NCBI GenBank assembly: GCA_963832165.1
Contig: CAWHTE010000008.1
Span: forward strand, 32,001 to 96,000
Length of the DNA: 64,000 bases
Source: an uncultured delta proteobacterium
GTDB lineage: Bacteria; Myxococcota_A; UBA9160; SMWR01
Direction: 5' to 3'
Shown here: positions 21,432 to 31,506 of the stretch, piece by piece
How positions within the stretch are numbered: the first letter of the stretch is position 1
Layout: every line of letters begins with the position of its first letter
Notes under the pieces: model-generated
Databases searched by the model: none
What the model saw: only the letters and a program-made list of their open reading frames with translations
What the model was told of the DNA's origin: nothing
Program-made: the position numbers and the translations under genes

Positions 21432-22691
21432 ATGGAGAAGGCCGATTTCTTCCGCGAGTCGCGCCGCGACAGCCCGGGTCCGCTCGCGGGCGTGCGCGTG
21501 CTCGAGGCCACGACCACCTGGGCCGGACCGATGTGCGGCTGCGTGCTCGCGGACTTCGGCGCCGACGTCGTGAAGGTCGAGCATCCGGCGGGTGAGATCG
21601 CGCGCCGGTCGCCGCCGTTCCTGCCCGGAACGAACCCGCCGCTCTCGTTCATGAACGAGATCCTGAACCGCAACAAGCGCAGCCTCGCGCTCGATCTGCA
21701 CGGCGACGCGGGCCGCGCGCTGTTCCTGCGCCTCGCTGCGCGGAGCGACGTCGTGATCGAGAACTTCCGCCCCGGCACCCTCGACGGCTGGGGCATCGGC
21801 TATGCCGCAGTGCGCTCGGTGCGGCCCGACGTGGTCTACGTCTCGATCAGCGGCTACGGCCAGTGGGGCCCCGACCACGATCGCGTGGGCTACGACCCGC
21901 TCGCGCAGGCCGCGAGCGGATTCCTGTCGCTGAACGGCTCGCCCGACGGCGAGCCCGTGAAGTCGCCGACCTTCCTCGCCGACGATCTCGCGGGTCTGCA
22001 CGGCGCTATCGCCGCGCTCGCGGCGCTGCGCCATCGCGATGCCACGGGCGAAGGGCAGCACATCGACGTGTCGCTGCTCGACGCGATGCTGTTCCAGTCG
22101 ACCGGCTACCTCACGCTCGGCGCGATGGGCGTCGATCTGCCGCGGCTCGGCAACCAGTTCCGGATCGCTGCGCCCGCGAACAGCTACCGCTGCCGCGACG
22201 GGCTGATCTTCATCGGCGTCCTGCTCGACGCGCACTGGTGCCGGCTCGCTGCGCTTGCTCGGGCGAGCCGAGCTCGGCCGATCGACCCGCGCTATGCCAC
22301 CGGGCTCGCACGGATCGCGCATCGCGACGAAGTGGATGCGCTGGTCGCGGGCTGGGCGCGCGAGCGCACGGTGGCGGACGCGCTCGCGGCGCTGCACGAG
22401 GCGAGCGTTCCCACCGCGCCCGTGCGCAGCTATGCCGAGGCGGCCGCCGATCCGCACGTGCGCGCGCGCGACATGCTCCAGGAGGTCGAGCGCGGCGGCG
22501 CGCGCGTGCCGCTCACGGGCCCCGCGGCCAAGCTCTCGCGCACGCCGATCCGCGTGCGGTCCGCGGCGCGCGACCTCGGTGCAGATACCGAGGCCGTGCT
22601 CGCGGAGCTCGGCATCCCCCTCGCCGAGCGCCGCGCGCTGCGCGATGCGGGAGTCGTGGCGGGTCCGCTGCCGTCGGAGAATCCCGATTGA
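21432..22691 (+). CDS. Family III CoA-transferase (CaiB/BaiF)
   Basis: [46 protein letters not shown]; probable compensating indels near 22250-22285. Confidence 0.92.
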   Translation: MEKADFFRESRRDSPGPLAGVRVLEATTTWAGPMCGCVLADFGADVVKVEHPAGEIARRSPPFLPGTNPPLSFMNEILNRNKRSLALDLHGDAGRALFLRLAARSDVVIENFRPGTLDGWGIGYAAVRSVRPDVVYVSISGYGQWGPDHDRVGYDPLAQAASGFLSLNGSPDGEPVKSPTFLADDLAGLHGAIAALAALRHRDATGEGQHIDVSLLDAMLFQSTGYLTLGAMGVDLPRLGNQFRIAAPANSYRCRDGLIFIGVLLDAHWCRLAALARASRARPIDPRYATGLARIAHRDEVDALVAGWARERTVADALAALHEASVPTAPVRSYAEAAADPHVRARDMLQEVERGGARVPLTGPAAKLSRTPIRVRSAARDLGADTEAVLAELGIPLAERRALRDAGVVAGPLPSENPD

Positions 22692-22748
22692 CCCCCCGAT
22701 CCGGCCCGTTACAGTCTGAATTCCCAACGAAGCGAGAGGAGAGCACGC

Positions 22749-23174
<426 letters not shown>

Positions 23175-23198
23175 TCGATCCGCCCGGCGGGCGACGCC

Positions 23199-24485
23199 GT
23201 GAAGGTTTCGCCCCCGGAGCGTCCGACGGCCGAGCTGCGCTTCGGCGACGCCGACTATCTCGATCCCGCGAAGGTCGAGCGCGAGCTGCGCCGGGTCGGC
23301 GACATCTGCCATCAGTGCCGGCGCTGTCTGCCGCTGTGCCCGACGTTCCCGAAGCTCTTCGAGCTCATCGACGCATCGGCCGACGAGATCGCGGGCGTGG
23401 CGATGGCCGATCTCGATGCGGCAAACGAGCTCTGTTACCACTGCAAGCTCTGCTACAACCACTGCCCCTACACGCCGCCCCACGAGTGGGACGTCGACTT
23501 CCCGCTGCTCATGCGCCGCCAGCAGATCGCCCGCGCGCAGCGCGACGGCATCCCGCTCGCGCGCCGCCTCACCACGCGCACGGATCTGATCGGCAAGATC
23601 GGCTCGCTCGCGGCGCCGCTCATGAACTTCGCGAACCGCAACCGCGCGTCGCGTGTGGTCATGGAGAAGACGCTCGGGATCGACCGCGACTGGGTCCAGC
23701 CGTCGTTCTACGCCGAGACGGTCGACCGCTGGTTCGCGAAGCGCCCGCGCCGCGGCGGCGGCGAGAACGGCCGCGTCGTGCTGTTCACTACCTGTAGCGT
23801 GAACTACAACGACCCGATCGCGGGGCGATCGCTCACGGTGGTTCTCGAGCACAGCGACGTGCGCGTGGATCTCTGTTACGAGCGCTGCTGCGGAATGCCG
23901 TTCACGGACACCGGCGACATGGACGCCGCGCGGCGCAACGCGGAGCGCAATGTTGCCGACCTGCTTCCCTACGTCGAGCAGGGCGCGGCGATCGTCGTGC
24001 CGGGTCCCTCCTGCTCGCTCATGCTCAAGGAGGAGTATCCGAAGCTGCTCGGCACTTCCGCGGCCGTGCGCGTCGCCGAGGCGACCCAGGACGCGATGGA
24101 ATACCTCTATCACCTCGCGCGCGCGAAGAAGATGAAGCGCGACTTCTCCGAGCCGCTCGGACACGTCGCCTATCAGGCGCCGTGCCATCTCCGGCACCAG
24201 AACATCGGCTTCCGTGCCCGCGATCTGCTCCAGCTCGCGGGCGCCGAGGTGACGGTGGTCGACGCGTGCTCGGGTGTCGACGGCACCTGGGGCATGCAGG
24301 CGCGATTCCACGAGCTCTCGATGTCGGTGGCCGCGCCGATGCTCGCGCGGATCCGCGAGGCGAACCCCGACCACGTGGCCACCGACTGCCCGCTCTCCGC
24401 GCTGCGGATCCAGGAAGGACTGGGCCGCGCGGCCGTACACCCCGTCGTGCTGCTGCGCCACGCCTACGGACTGCCCGCCGAATGA
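23199..24485 (+). CDS. Fe-S oxidoreductase (GlpC/HdrD-like, two 4Fe-4S + CCG domains)
   Basis: CHQCRRCLPLCP, CYHCKLCYNHCP, CCGMP, PCH, CSG, TDCP. Confidence 0.92.
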   Translation: MKVSPPERPTAELRFGDADYLDPAKVERELRRVGDICHQCRRCLPLCPTFPKLFELIDASADEIAGVAMADLDAANELCYHCKLCYNHCPYTPPHEWDVDFPLLMRRQQIARAQRDGIPLARRLTTRTDLIGKIGSLAAPLMNFANRNRASRVVMEKTLGIDRDWVQPSFYAETVDRWFAKRPRRGGGENGRVVLFTTCSVNYNDPIAGRSLTVVLEHSDVRVDLCYERCCGMPFTDTGDMDAARRNAERNVADLLPYVEQGAAIVVPGPSCSLMLKEEYPKLLGTSAAVRVAEATQDAMEYLYHLARAKKMKRDFSEPLGHVAYQAPCHLRHQNIGFRARDLLQLAGAEVTVVDACSGVDGTWGMQARFHELSMSVAAPMLARIREANPDHVATDCPLSALRIQEGLGRAAVHPVVLLRHAYGLPAE

Positions 24486-25381
24486 GACCGCTCGCGCGCG
24501 AGGAGATCGTCCCGCTCGCCTCCTACGCGAGCGTGCGCGATGCCTTCCGAAGCGCGGTGATCGCGTACAAGCGCGCACGGCGCATGTCCGTGGGTCCGTC
24601 CGTGACACTCCTGTTCGAAGACCGCGAGACGCTGCGCTTCCAGGTCCAGGAGATGCTCTGGGTCGAGCGGATCGAGGAGCCCGAGCGCGTGCAGCACGAG
24701 CTCGACGTCTACAACGAGCTGATGCCGGGTGCGCGCGAGCTTTCGGCCACGCTCTTCGTCGAGATCACCGAGCCGGGTCGGATCCGCGCCGAACTCGATC
24801 GCCTGATCGGCATCGACGAGCACGTCGCTCTCGTGCTCGGCGCCGGCTCGGACGAGCGCGCGCTGCGCGCGAAATTCGACGCGAAGCAGATGGAGGACGA
24901 CCGGATCTCCGCGGTGCAGTACATCCGCTTCGCGCTCGACGATGATGCGGTCGCCGCGCTCGCGCGGGTGGACCACTACGCCGCGATCCGGATCTCGCAT
25001 CCCCACTACGCGCACGAGGCGGTGCTCCCGCCCGCGGTGCACGAGAGCCTCGCCGCGGGGCTGCGCGCCGAGCCGCGCTCGCTCGTACCGCTGCTGCCGG
25101 ACCCGCCCGCGGCCGCCCCCGAACCCGAGGTGCTCTACTCGGGTGGCGGAGTGCGCGTGCTGCGACCGGCGGTGCCACAGCTGCCCGGCCATCTCGTGGT
25201 GGAGGCGAGCACCCCGCTCACCTCCACCGGAGAGGTCGATGCCGCGCTCTGGAACGCGCTCACCGAGGCGGTGCGCCGCACCGCCGCCGATGCCGCCCAG
25301 CGCCACGGCGGCTGCCGCGTGGTCGCGGACTTCTCCCCGGGCGCTCCGCTGCGCTGGCACATCCTGCCGCGTCCCTCTTAG
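24482..25381 (+). CDS. DUF3501-family protein with C-terminal HIT-like extension
   Basis: LLFEDRETLRFQVQEML..ELDVYNELMP..LSATLFVE..SAVQYIRF; conserved position after rubrerythrin and Fe-S oxidoreductase. Confidence 0.88.
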   Translation: MRPLAREEIVPLASYASVRDAFRSAVIAYKRARRMSVGPSVTLLFEDRETLRFQVQEMLWVERIEEPERVQHELDVYNELMPGARELSATLFVEITEPGRIRAELDRLIGIDEHVALVLGAGSDERALRAKFDAKQMEDDRISAVQYIRFALDDDAVAALARVDHYAAIRISHPHYAHEAVLPPAVHESLAAGLRAEPRSLVPLLPDPPAAAPEPEVLYSGGGVRVLRPAVPQLPGHLVVEASTPLTSTGEVDAALWNALTEAVRRTAADAAQRHGGCRVVADFSPGAPLRWHILPRPS

Positions 25382-25387
25382 CCGGGC

Positions 25388-25442
25388 CTTCGCTCGGCTT
25401 CGCCTCGCTGCGCGTCGGCCGACTTCGTCGGCCTCCTTGCGG
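25388..25442 (+). repeat. REP-like interspersed repeat, copy 2 (with GGCCGAC-TTC-GTCGGCC hairpin)
   Basis: Identical 27-nt core at 25388-25414, then hairpin, then CTTGCG; starts 6 nt after a stop codon. Confidence 0.85.
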
Positions 25443-25573
25443 ATCCGGGCGTGGGGTAGGCCCAACCCGACTCTGCGGTCTGCGCTGATTCCTGCCCAAC
25501 TGTGCCGCTTCGCCTGCTATAAGGCTGCGCAAACCGAAGCGGCCGGGTGGCATCGCCTGGCGAGGGGGATCCG

Positions 25574-26812
25574 ATGATCGATCGCGGCGACACCGCCTGG
25601 ATACTCACGTCCACCGCGCTCGTACTGTTCATGACGATTCCGGGGCTCTCGTTGTTCTACGCAGGGCTCGTGCGAACCAAGAACGTGCTGTCCGTCCTGA
25701 TGCACTGCTTCGTGCTCACGGCGTTGATCACGCTCTTGTGGCTCGCGTACGGCTACAGCATCGCGTTCGACACGACCGGCATGCAGGCCGGCGTCGTGAA
25801 CTTCCATTCGTTCGTCGGAAGTCTCGAGAAGGCCTTCCTCGCCGGGGTGGGAGTCGACTCGGTGTCGGGCACGATCCCCGAGCCGCTGTTCTTCGCGTTC
25901 CAGATGACGTTCGCGATCATTACACCGGCGCTGATCGTGGGCGCATTCGCCGAGCGCATGAAGTTCTCGGCAATGCTCTGGTTCATGGTGGGCTGGCTCA
26001 CGCTCGTCTACCTGCCCGTGTGTCACATGACGTGGGGCGGCCCGGGCGGCTTCTTCTTCGATCTGGGCGTGCTCGATTTCGCGGGCGGAATCGTCGTACA
26101 CATCACGGCCGGCGTCGCCGCGCTCGTGGTCGCCGTGGTGCTGGGCGTGCGGCGCGGCTGGCCCACGTCGCCGATGGCACCGCACAACCTCACGCTCACG
26201 GTCATGGGCACGGGGATGCTCTGGGTGGGCTGGTTCGGATTCAACGCGGGTAGCGCGCTCGGCGCGACCGGCGGCGCGGCAATGGCCCTGGTCGTCACGC
26301 AGGTCTCGGCCGCCACCGCGGCGCTCACCTGGATGGGGATCGAGTGGATCCGCTCCGGACGCCCCTCCGTGCTCGGGATCGTCACGGGCAGCGTCGCGGG
26401 CCTGGCCGCGGTTACACCGGCGTCGGGATTCATCGGCCCGGTCGGCGCGCTCGGCATCGGCGTCGCGTCGGGTACGGCGTGCTACTTCGCTTCGGTGGTG
26501 TTGAAGGCCCGGATTGGCTACGACGACTCGCTCGACGTGTTTGGCGTGCACGGAGTCGGGGGATTCCTCGGCACCGTGTTGGTCGGGTTGTTCGCGTCGG
26601 AGATCTTCGGCGGGCTCAAGGGCGACCTCGGCATCGGCCGGCAGCTCGGCATCCAGCTGCTCGCGGCCTCGCTCACGGCGGTCTACACCGCGGGGATGAC
26701 CTACGCGCTCGCCAAGGTGGTGGACGCGCTGGTCGGGCTCCGCATCGAGGAGATCGGCGAGGAGCTGGGGCTCGACCTGCACCAGCACGGAGAGAGCGGG
26801 TACAACCTGTAA
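25574..26812 (+). CDS. amtB: Ammonium transporter
   Basis: GDTAWILTSTALVLFMT, FQMTFAIITPAL, LDFAGGIVVH, LWVGWFGFNAGS, DDSLDVFGVHG (twin His). Confidence 0.97.
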   Translation: MIDRGDTAWILTSTALVLFMTIPGLSLFYAGLVRTKNVLSVLMHCFVLTALITLLWLAYGYSIAFDTTGMQAGVVNFHSFVGSLEKAFLAGVGVDSVSGTIPEPLFFAFQMTFAIITPALIVGAFAERMKFSAMLWFMVGWLTLVYLPVCHMTWGGPGGFFFDLGVLDFAGGIVVHITAGVAALVVAVVLGVRRGWPTSPMAPHNLTLTVMGTGMLWVGWFGFNAGSALGATGGAAMALVVTQVSAATAALTWMGIEWIRSGRPSVLGIVTGSVAGLAAVTPASGFIGPVGALGIGVASGTACYFASVVLKARIGYDDSLDVFGVHGVGGFLGTVLVGLFASEIFGGLKGDLGIGRQLGIQLLAASLTAVYTAGMTYALAKVVDALVGLRIEEIGEELGLDLHQHGESGYNL

Positions 26813-26850
26813 GCGCGCGCCCGCGATGCTCCGCGTCGCCCCGCCCGCCC

Positions 26851-26856
26851 TACAAT
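26851..26856 (+). promoter_or_regulatory. Putative -10 box (TACAAT) 7 nt before the arfB GTG; leaderless-type start
   Basis: TACAAT-TCGCAGC-GTG with no Shine-Dalgarno sequence. Confidence 0.55.
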
Positions 26857-26863
26857 TCGCAGC

Positions 26864-27304
26864 GTGGCGGACGAAGGCGACATTCCCGTGCGGCGCGGCG
26901 TGGTGATTCCGGCTTCCGAGCTCGAGGAGACCGCGAGCCGATCGAGCGGACCGGGTGGCCAGCACGTCAACAAATCGAACACGCGCGTGACCCTGCGCTG
27001 GTGCGTTCGCGACAGCGCGGCGCTCGATCCAGCCGCGCGGCGCCGCGTGGAGGAGCGGCTCGGCGCGCGCGTGACGCGCGCTGGAGAGCTGATCGTCCAC
27101 GCGCAGAGCCACCGGTCGCGAGCGCGCAACCGCGAGCTCGCACGCGAGCGTCTCGCCGCGCTCGTGCGCGACGCGCTGCACACGCGGGCACCGCGCGTTC
27201 CGACGCGCGCGGGCGCCGGAGTGCGCGCGCGCGGGCGCGACGCGAAGCGCCGGCACAGCACGCGCAAGCGCGCGCGACGACCCGTGCGCGACGAGGACGC
27301 GTGA
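26864..27304 (+). CDS. arfB: Alternative ribosome rescue factor ArfB (YaeJ)
   Basis: SRSSGPGGQHVNK GGQ motif, basic C-terminal tail. Confidence 0.93.
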   Translation: MADEGDIPVRRGVVIPASELEETASRSSGPGGQHVNKSNTRVTLRWCVRDSAALDPAARRRVEERLGARVTRAGELIVHAQSHRSRARNRELARERLAALVRDALHTRAPRVPTRAGAGVRARGRDAKRRHSTRKRARRPVRDEDA

Positions 27305-27963
27305 CCCCGGAGCTGTTCCCGTCCGGTGTGTGTGTCGCGTCGGGACCGAGCGGGGTCGACGCCCCGCTCCACCCCGACGAAGCGGAGCTCGCGCGCACGA
27401 TGGGACCCGCGCGGCGGCGCGAGTTCGCGGAGGGCCGCGCGTGTGCCCGGCGAGCGATCGCCGCGCTCGGTGTGCCCGGCGGGCCCGTGTTGCGCGGCCT
27501 GCGCCGCTCTCCGCAGTTTCCGGACGGCGTGATCGGATCGATCACGCACACGAGCGGGTTCTGTGCCGCGGCGGTCGCGCGCCGCACGTCCTTCGCGGGC
27601 ATCGGCCTCGACGCCGAGCAGGACGCGGCCCTCTCGGAACGCGCCGTCGCGCGCATCTGTACGCCGGGCGAGCTCGAGGCGCTGCACGCGCTGCGCGGCC
27701 GCAGTGCGCAGTGCTGGGGAGCGGTCGTGTTCTCGGCCAAGGAGAGCCTGTACAAGGCCTACTTTCCGATCACGGGAGTCTTCATCGGGTTCCGCGACGC
27801 CGAGATCGCGCTATTCCCGGAAGCAGGCGACGCGGGGCGCTTCGAGGCCCGCCTGGTCCGCGCCGACGCGCCCGACGCCGCGGGGCAGCGCCGCTTCGAG
27901 GGTCGCTATGCGTCCGATGGCGCGCGCGTGCTGACCGGCCTCGTCGTTCCCCACCGCTACTGA
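27301..27963 (+). CDS. 4'-phosphopantetheinyl transferase (EntD/PptT-like)
   Basis: RRREFAEGRACARRA, GSITHT, GIGLDAE, FSAKESLYKA. Confidence 0.92.
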   Translation: MTPELFPSGVCVASGPSGVDAPLHPDEAELARTMGPARRREFAEGRACARRAIAALGVPGGPVLRGLRRSPQFPDGVIGSITHTSGFCAAAVARRTSFAGIGLDAEQDAALSERAVARICTPGELEALHALRGRSAQCWGAVVFSAKESLYKAYFPITGVFIGFRDAEIALFPEAGDAGRFEARLVRADAPDAAGQRRFEGRYASDGARVLTGLVVPHRY

Positions 27964-28310
27964 ATGCGGATGCGCCCCGAGAACCCCTCTTCGTAGCCGT
28001 GGAAATACTCGAGCTGTTCCTCGGGCCAGCGCCAGCAGTAGTAGCCGCGGCCGTTGTCGAAGTCGACGAGCCAGCGGCCCTTCACCTCGACACCGAGCGC
28101 CTCCATCGCGCGCACCCAGTCCGCCACTGCGCTCGCGAGCTCCTTCTCGAGCGCCACGCGTGCGGCGTCGTCGCCCTCGCGGACGTCTCCACGGCGTGCC
28201 TCGATCGCGTCGACCGCCTCCACCGCCCGCGCGGTGATCCGGCGCACTTCGACCGCGATCTCGCGCGCGGCCCCGAGGCTCCACGAACGCTCATCCCGCT
28301 CGTCCATCAC
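27957..28310 (-). CDS. DUF2203-family protein
   Basis: WSLGAAR..LGVEVKG.WLVDF..YYCWRWPE..YFHGYEEGFSGR. Confidence 0.8.
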   Translation of the reverse strand: MMDERDERSWSLGAAREIAVEVRRITARAVEAVDAIEARRGDVREGDDAARVALEKELASAVADWVRAMEALGVEVKGRWLVDFDNGRGYYCWRWPEEQLEYFHGYEEGFSGRIRIQ

Positions 28311-28312
28311 CC

Positions 28313-29266
28313 CTACTGCTCCACTTCCTCGTCACCCGACATCTGGATCAACGTGCGCACGACGGTACTGCGCTGCGCGCCGCCGACGACGCGCTTGAGA
28401 TCCTCGTAGAGCGTCGGATCATTGAGCAGCATGCCGAGGGTGCCCTCGCCCGTGTCGAGCTTTGCGAGGATGCTGTTCAGGCGCGCACCTGCATCGAGCA
28501 CTTCGAGCACGACGTCCTGCTCCGTGAGAGGCTCGTATACCAGGCTGTGGAGCAGGCCGTTGCCCGTCGCAATTTCGTTCAGGATCGACTCGAAGGTGGC
28601 GAGCGACTGGTTGAGGCTGGCCATTCCACTGCCCTCGTGTTCGTCGTAGATCAGGCTGTGCAGCAGCCCATTGCCGTGTTGGATCTCCGAGACGATGTCG
28701 GAGACCGACGCGACCGTATCCGCGAGGCCCTTGCCGCCTTCCTTCTCGCCGCTCTGGAATCCCGCCACCACCACGTTGAGGTTCTTCGCGAGCGTCGCGA
28801 TGTTGTCGAGCGCCTGCGCGCCCGTGTCGATCACGCGCGCGAGGTTGACGGGATTCGCCACCCGGATCTCCCCGCCGTCCTCGAGCCGGGGCTCGGTCGG
28901 CGATCCCAGCGAGATCTCGACATAGCGATCGCCGAGCAGGCCGACCGTGCCGATCGAGGCCGCGGAATCCGCGCGGATCCGCTCCTGGACCTCCTCGTCT
29001 ACCGAGAGCTCCACCTTCACCGCAGGTCGGCCGTCCGGACGCGCGCCGAGCTCCACGCTCTCGACGCGTCCCACGCGCGTGCCCGCGAGCCAGACCGGCG
29101 CGTTCGGAATCAGCCCTTGGACGTTCTCGTAGTAGCCGACCAGGCGATAGCGGCCACCGAACACGCTCTCCTGGGTCGACAGCGACAGGATCGCGAGCGC
29201 GAGCGCGACGAGTGCCGCGAGCGCAAACGACCCCACGATCAGGCTGGTCCGCCTCCGGTCATACAT
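28313..29266 (-). CDS. mlaD: MlaD/MCE-domain protein
   Basis: N-terminal TM, VQGL..APVWLAGTRVGRV, GLLGDRYVEISLG, helical tail GEGTLGMLLNDP.LY. Confidence 0.92.
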   Translation of the reverse strand: MYDRRRTSLIVGSFALAALVALALAILSLSTQESVFGGRYRLVGYYENVQGLIPNAPVWLAGTRVGRVESVELGARPDGRPAVKVELSVDEEVQERIRADSAASIGTVGLLGDRYVEISLGSPTEPRLEDGGEIRVANPVNLARVIDTGAQALDNIATLAKNLNVVVAGFQSGEKEGGKGLADTVASVSDIVSEIQHGNGLLHSLIYDEHEGSGMASLNQSLATFESILNEIATGNGLLHSLVYEPLTEQDVVLEVLDAGARLNSILAKLDTGEGTLGMLLNDPTLYEDLKRVVGGAQRSTVVRTLIQMSGDEEVEQ

Positions 29267-30047
29267 GGGCGTATCCTTTCTCGAGTTCGTCGGGCGCATC
29301 GAAACTGCCGTCGAGGAACGCGCGCACGTCGGCGTTCTCCGAGTCGCGGATCTCGTCGGCCGTGCCCAGCGCCGCGATCCGGCCGTCCTTGAGCAGCGCG
29401 ACACGGTCGGAGATCGCGAAGCAGAGCTCGAGCTCGTGCGTCACCACTACCGAGGTCACCTGCAGCTCCTGTTGCAGCGTCCCGATCAGATCCGCGATCC
29501 GGCGCTGGTTGGCGGGATCGAGGCCCGTCGTGGGCTCGTCGTAGAGTATGACGCGGGGCTCGAGCGCTACACCACGCGCCACACCGACGCGTTTGCGCAT
29601 TCCGCCCGAGAGCTCCGAGGGCATCTTGCGCTCGGCGCCCGGGAGCCCGACCGCGGCGAGCGACTGCGCCACGCGCTCGGCGATCCGCTCTTCGGGCCAG
29701 CGCATGTGCTCGCGCAGCGGATAGGCGACGTTCTCGAAGACCGTGAGCGAGTCGAACAGCGCGGCGCTCTGGAAGATCATCGACACCGCGGTGCGAACGC
29801 CCGTCAGCTCGTGCTCGGGCAGCTCGGTGATGTCGGTTCCGAGCACGCGCACGCTGCCCCGATCGGGGCGCAAGAGGCCGATCATGTGCTTCAGGCAGAC
29901 CGACTTGCCGCTGCCCGATCCGCCCAGAATCGTGAAGGTCTCCCCCTCACGGATCGCGAGATCGACGCCGGAGAGCACGGGCTGGCGCTGGAACGACTTG
30001 TGAATGCCCGAGAGCTCGATCACCACACCGCCGTCGGCGCCGCTCAC
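29259..30047 (-). CDS. mlaF: MlaF-like ABC ATPase
   Basis: GGSGSGKS, FQSAALFDSLTVFENVA, LSGGMRKRV, YDEPTTGLDP. Confidence 0.94.
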   Translation of the reverse strand: MSGADGGVVIELSGIHKSFQRQPVLSGVDLAIREGETFTILGGSGSGKSVCLKHMIGLLRPDRGSVRVLGTDITELPEHELTGVRTAVSMIFQSAALFDSLTVFENVAYPLREHMRWPEERIAERVAQSLAAVGLPGAERKMPSELSGGMRKRVGVARGVALEPRVILYDEPTTGLDPANQRRIADLIGTLQQELQVTSVVVTHELELCFAISDRVALLKDGRIAALGTADEIRDSENADVRAFLDGSFDAPDELEKGYAHV

Positions 30048-30841
30048 AGGATCACCATCAGCTGGGTCAGAAAGAAGTCGCTCACGAGCACACCGATCGA
30101 AGCCACCACCACGCTGCGCGTCGTGGCCTGCCCGACGCCGACCGTGCCGCCCGTGGTCTGCAGCGCCATCGCGCAGCCCACCATCGCAATCAGCCAGCCG
30201 AACACGAACGTCTTGGCGAGGCCCGAGAACAGATCGTTGACCGTGACCGTGTTGCTGATCGTCTGGATGTAGAAGTTCGGATCGATCCCGAACTGGCTCC
30301 ACGAGAGCACGAGCCCGCCGAAAGCCCCGAGCACGTCGGCGAGGATCGTGAGCAGCGGCAGCGCGAGCGTGGCGGCAACGACGCGCGGCAGCACGAGCTT
30401 CTGCACCGGATCGGCACCCATCGAGCGGATCGCATCGACCTGCTCGGTCACCTGCATCGCGCCGATCTCGGCGGTGATGCCCGCGCCGACGCGCCCGCCC
30501 ACCATGAGCGCCGTGAGCACGGGGCCGAGCTCGCGCGCGAGCGAGAGCCCGACCACGGCGCCGACGTAGGGCTTCGCCCCGAAGCGCGCCAGTGCGATGC
30601 CGGTCTGCAGCGCGAGCACCATGCCCGTGAACAGCGCCGTGATGAGCACGATCGTGCTCGAGCGCGCGCCGATCGCCTCCATCTGCCGCAGCACTTCGAG
30701 CCAGGGGAAGCGCGGTCGCAGCGCTGCGCGCGCGGTCTGGCCCACGAGCAGCGTGAAGTAGCCGAGCCGATCGATCGCCTCGAGTACGCGGTCCCCGAGT
30801 CGGACGATCTCGTGTGCAGCAACCCGCGTCGGCGCGCTCAC
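30044..30841 (-). CDS. mlaE: MlaE-like ABC permease
   Basis: RELGPVLTALMVGGRVGAGITAEIGAMQVTEQVDA, GVGQATTRSVV. Confidence 0.95.
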   Translation of the reverse strand: MSAPTRVAAHEIVRLGDRVLEAIDRLGYFTLLVGQTARAALRPRFPWLEVLRQMEAIGARSSTIVLITALFTGMVLALQTGIALARFGAKPYVGAVVGLSLARELGPVLTALMVGGRVGAGITAEIGAMQVTEQVDAIRSMGADPVQKLVLPRVVAATLALPLLTILADVLGAFGGLVLSWSQFGIDPNFYIQTISNTVTVNDLFSGLAKTFVFGWLIAMVGCAMALQTTGGTVGVGQATTRSVVVASIGVLVSDFFLTQLMVIL

Positions 30842-31458
30842 GGCGTCTCCTCTGTTGCGGGCGCACCCGACGCGCTGGCCGCGGCCGCACCGCTCTGCGG
30901 CTCCACAGCGAGCGTGTGCCACCACGCTTCGAAATCGCTTTCGGCCTGCTCGAAGGCGCTGGCATCGCGCGCGACCAACACCCAGTCGAGCGCGCAGCCA
31001 TTGGCCGCGAACGTCACGGTCTTCACGCGCACCGCACCGCCCGCCGCATCGGCATCGAATACCGCCTGCCAGCCTGTGAGCGCGCCAAGCTCCACCGGTC
31101 CCGCCTCACGCACGACATACGCCGGAATCCCGATCCGCAGATGACGCGCGAGGTACTCGGGACGTGCGAGCGGCCCACCGCAGCGCGAGGAGAACGTCAT
31201 GCGAGCCAGCCCTGCCGGCTGCGGTTCGCCTGCGTCCGACCGCTCGTACGCGAGCAGGCTGCCGTCGACGCTCTCGTGTCGCCAGGGCGGATCCGCCGCG
31301 GGGGGAGCACCGAGCCGGTAGCCGTGCCGCGGGTTGACGAACCCCCCATCGGTTGGCACCAGAGGATTGGCGGCAGCGCAACCCCAGAGCACGGGCACCA
31401 CGAGCACTACACTGGCCCAGGTCGCTCGTGCGCGACGCGCGCGCCTTGCACCGCCCAT
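30838..31458 (-). CDS. Putative lipoprotein, first gene of the mla operon
   Basis: Basic N-terminus, hydrophobic stretch, LWGC lipobox-like; stop overlaps mlaE start. Confidence 0.6.
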   Translation of the reverse strand: MGGARRARRARATWASVVLVVPVLWGCAAANPLVPTDGGFVNPRHGYRLGAPPAADPPWRHESVDGSLLAYERSDAGEPQPAGLARMTFSSRCGGPLARPEYLARHLRIGIPAYVVREAGPVELGALTGWQAVFDADAAGGAVRVKTVTFAANGCALDWVLVARDASAFEQAESDFEAWWHTLAVEPQSGAAAASASGAPATEETP

Positions 31459-31506
31459 CGCGTGCCGAGCCTACCCGATCCACAGCACGCAGCCCATAAT
31501 CGCCGT

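Noticed and set aside
25547..25563. Sigma54-like TGGCA upstream of amt
   Set aside because: GG-to-GC spacing is one base short and the site is too close to the start codon
27301..27963. PPTase as a marker of a secondary-metabolite cluster
   Set aside because: No carrier protein, PKS or NRPS gene in the window
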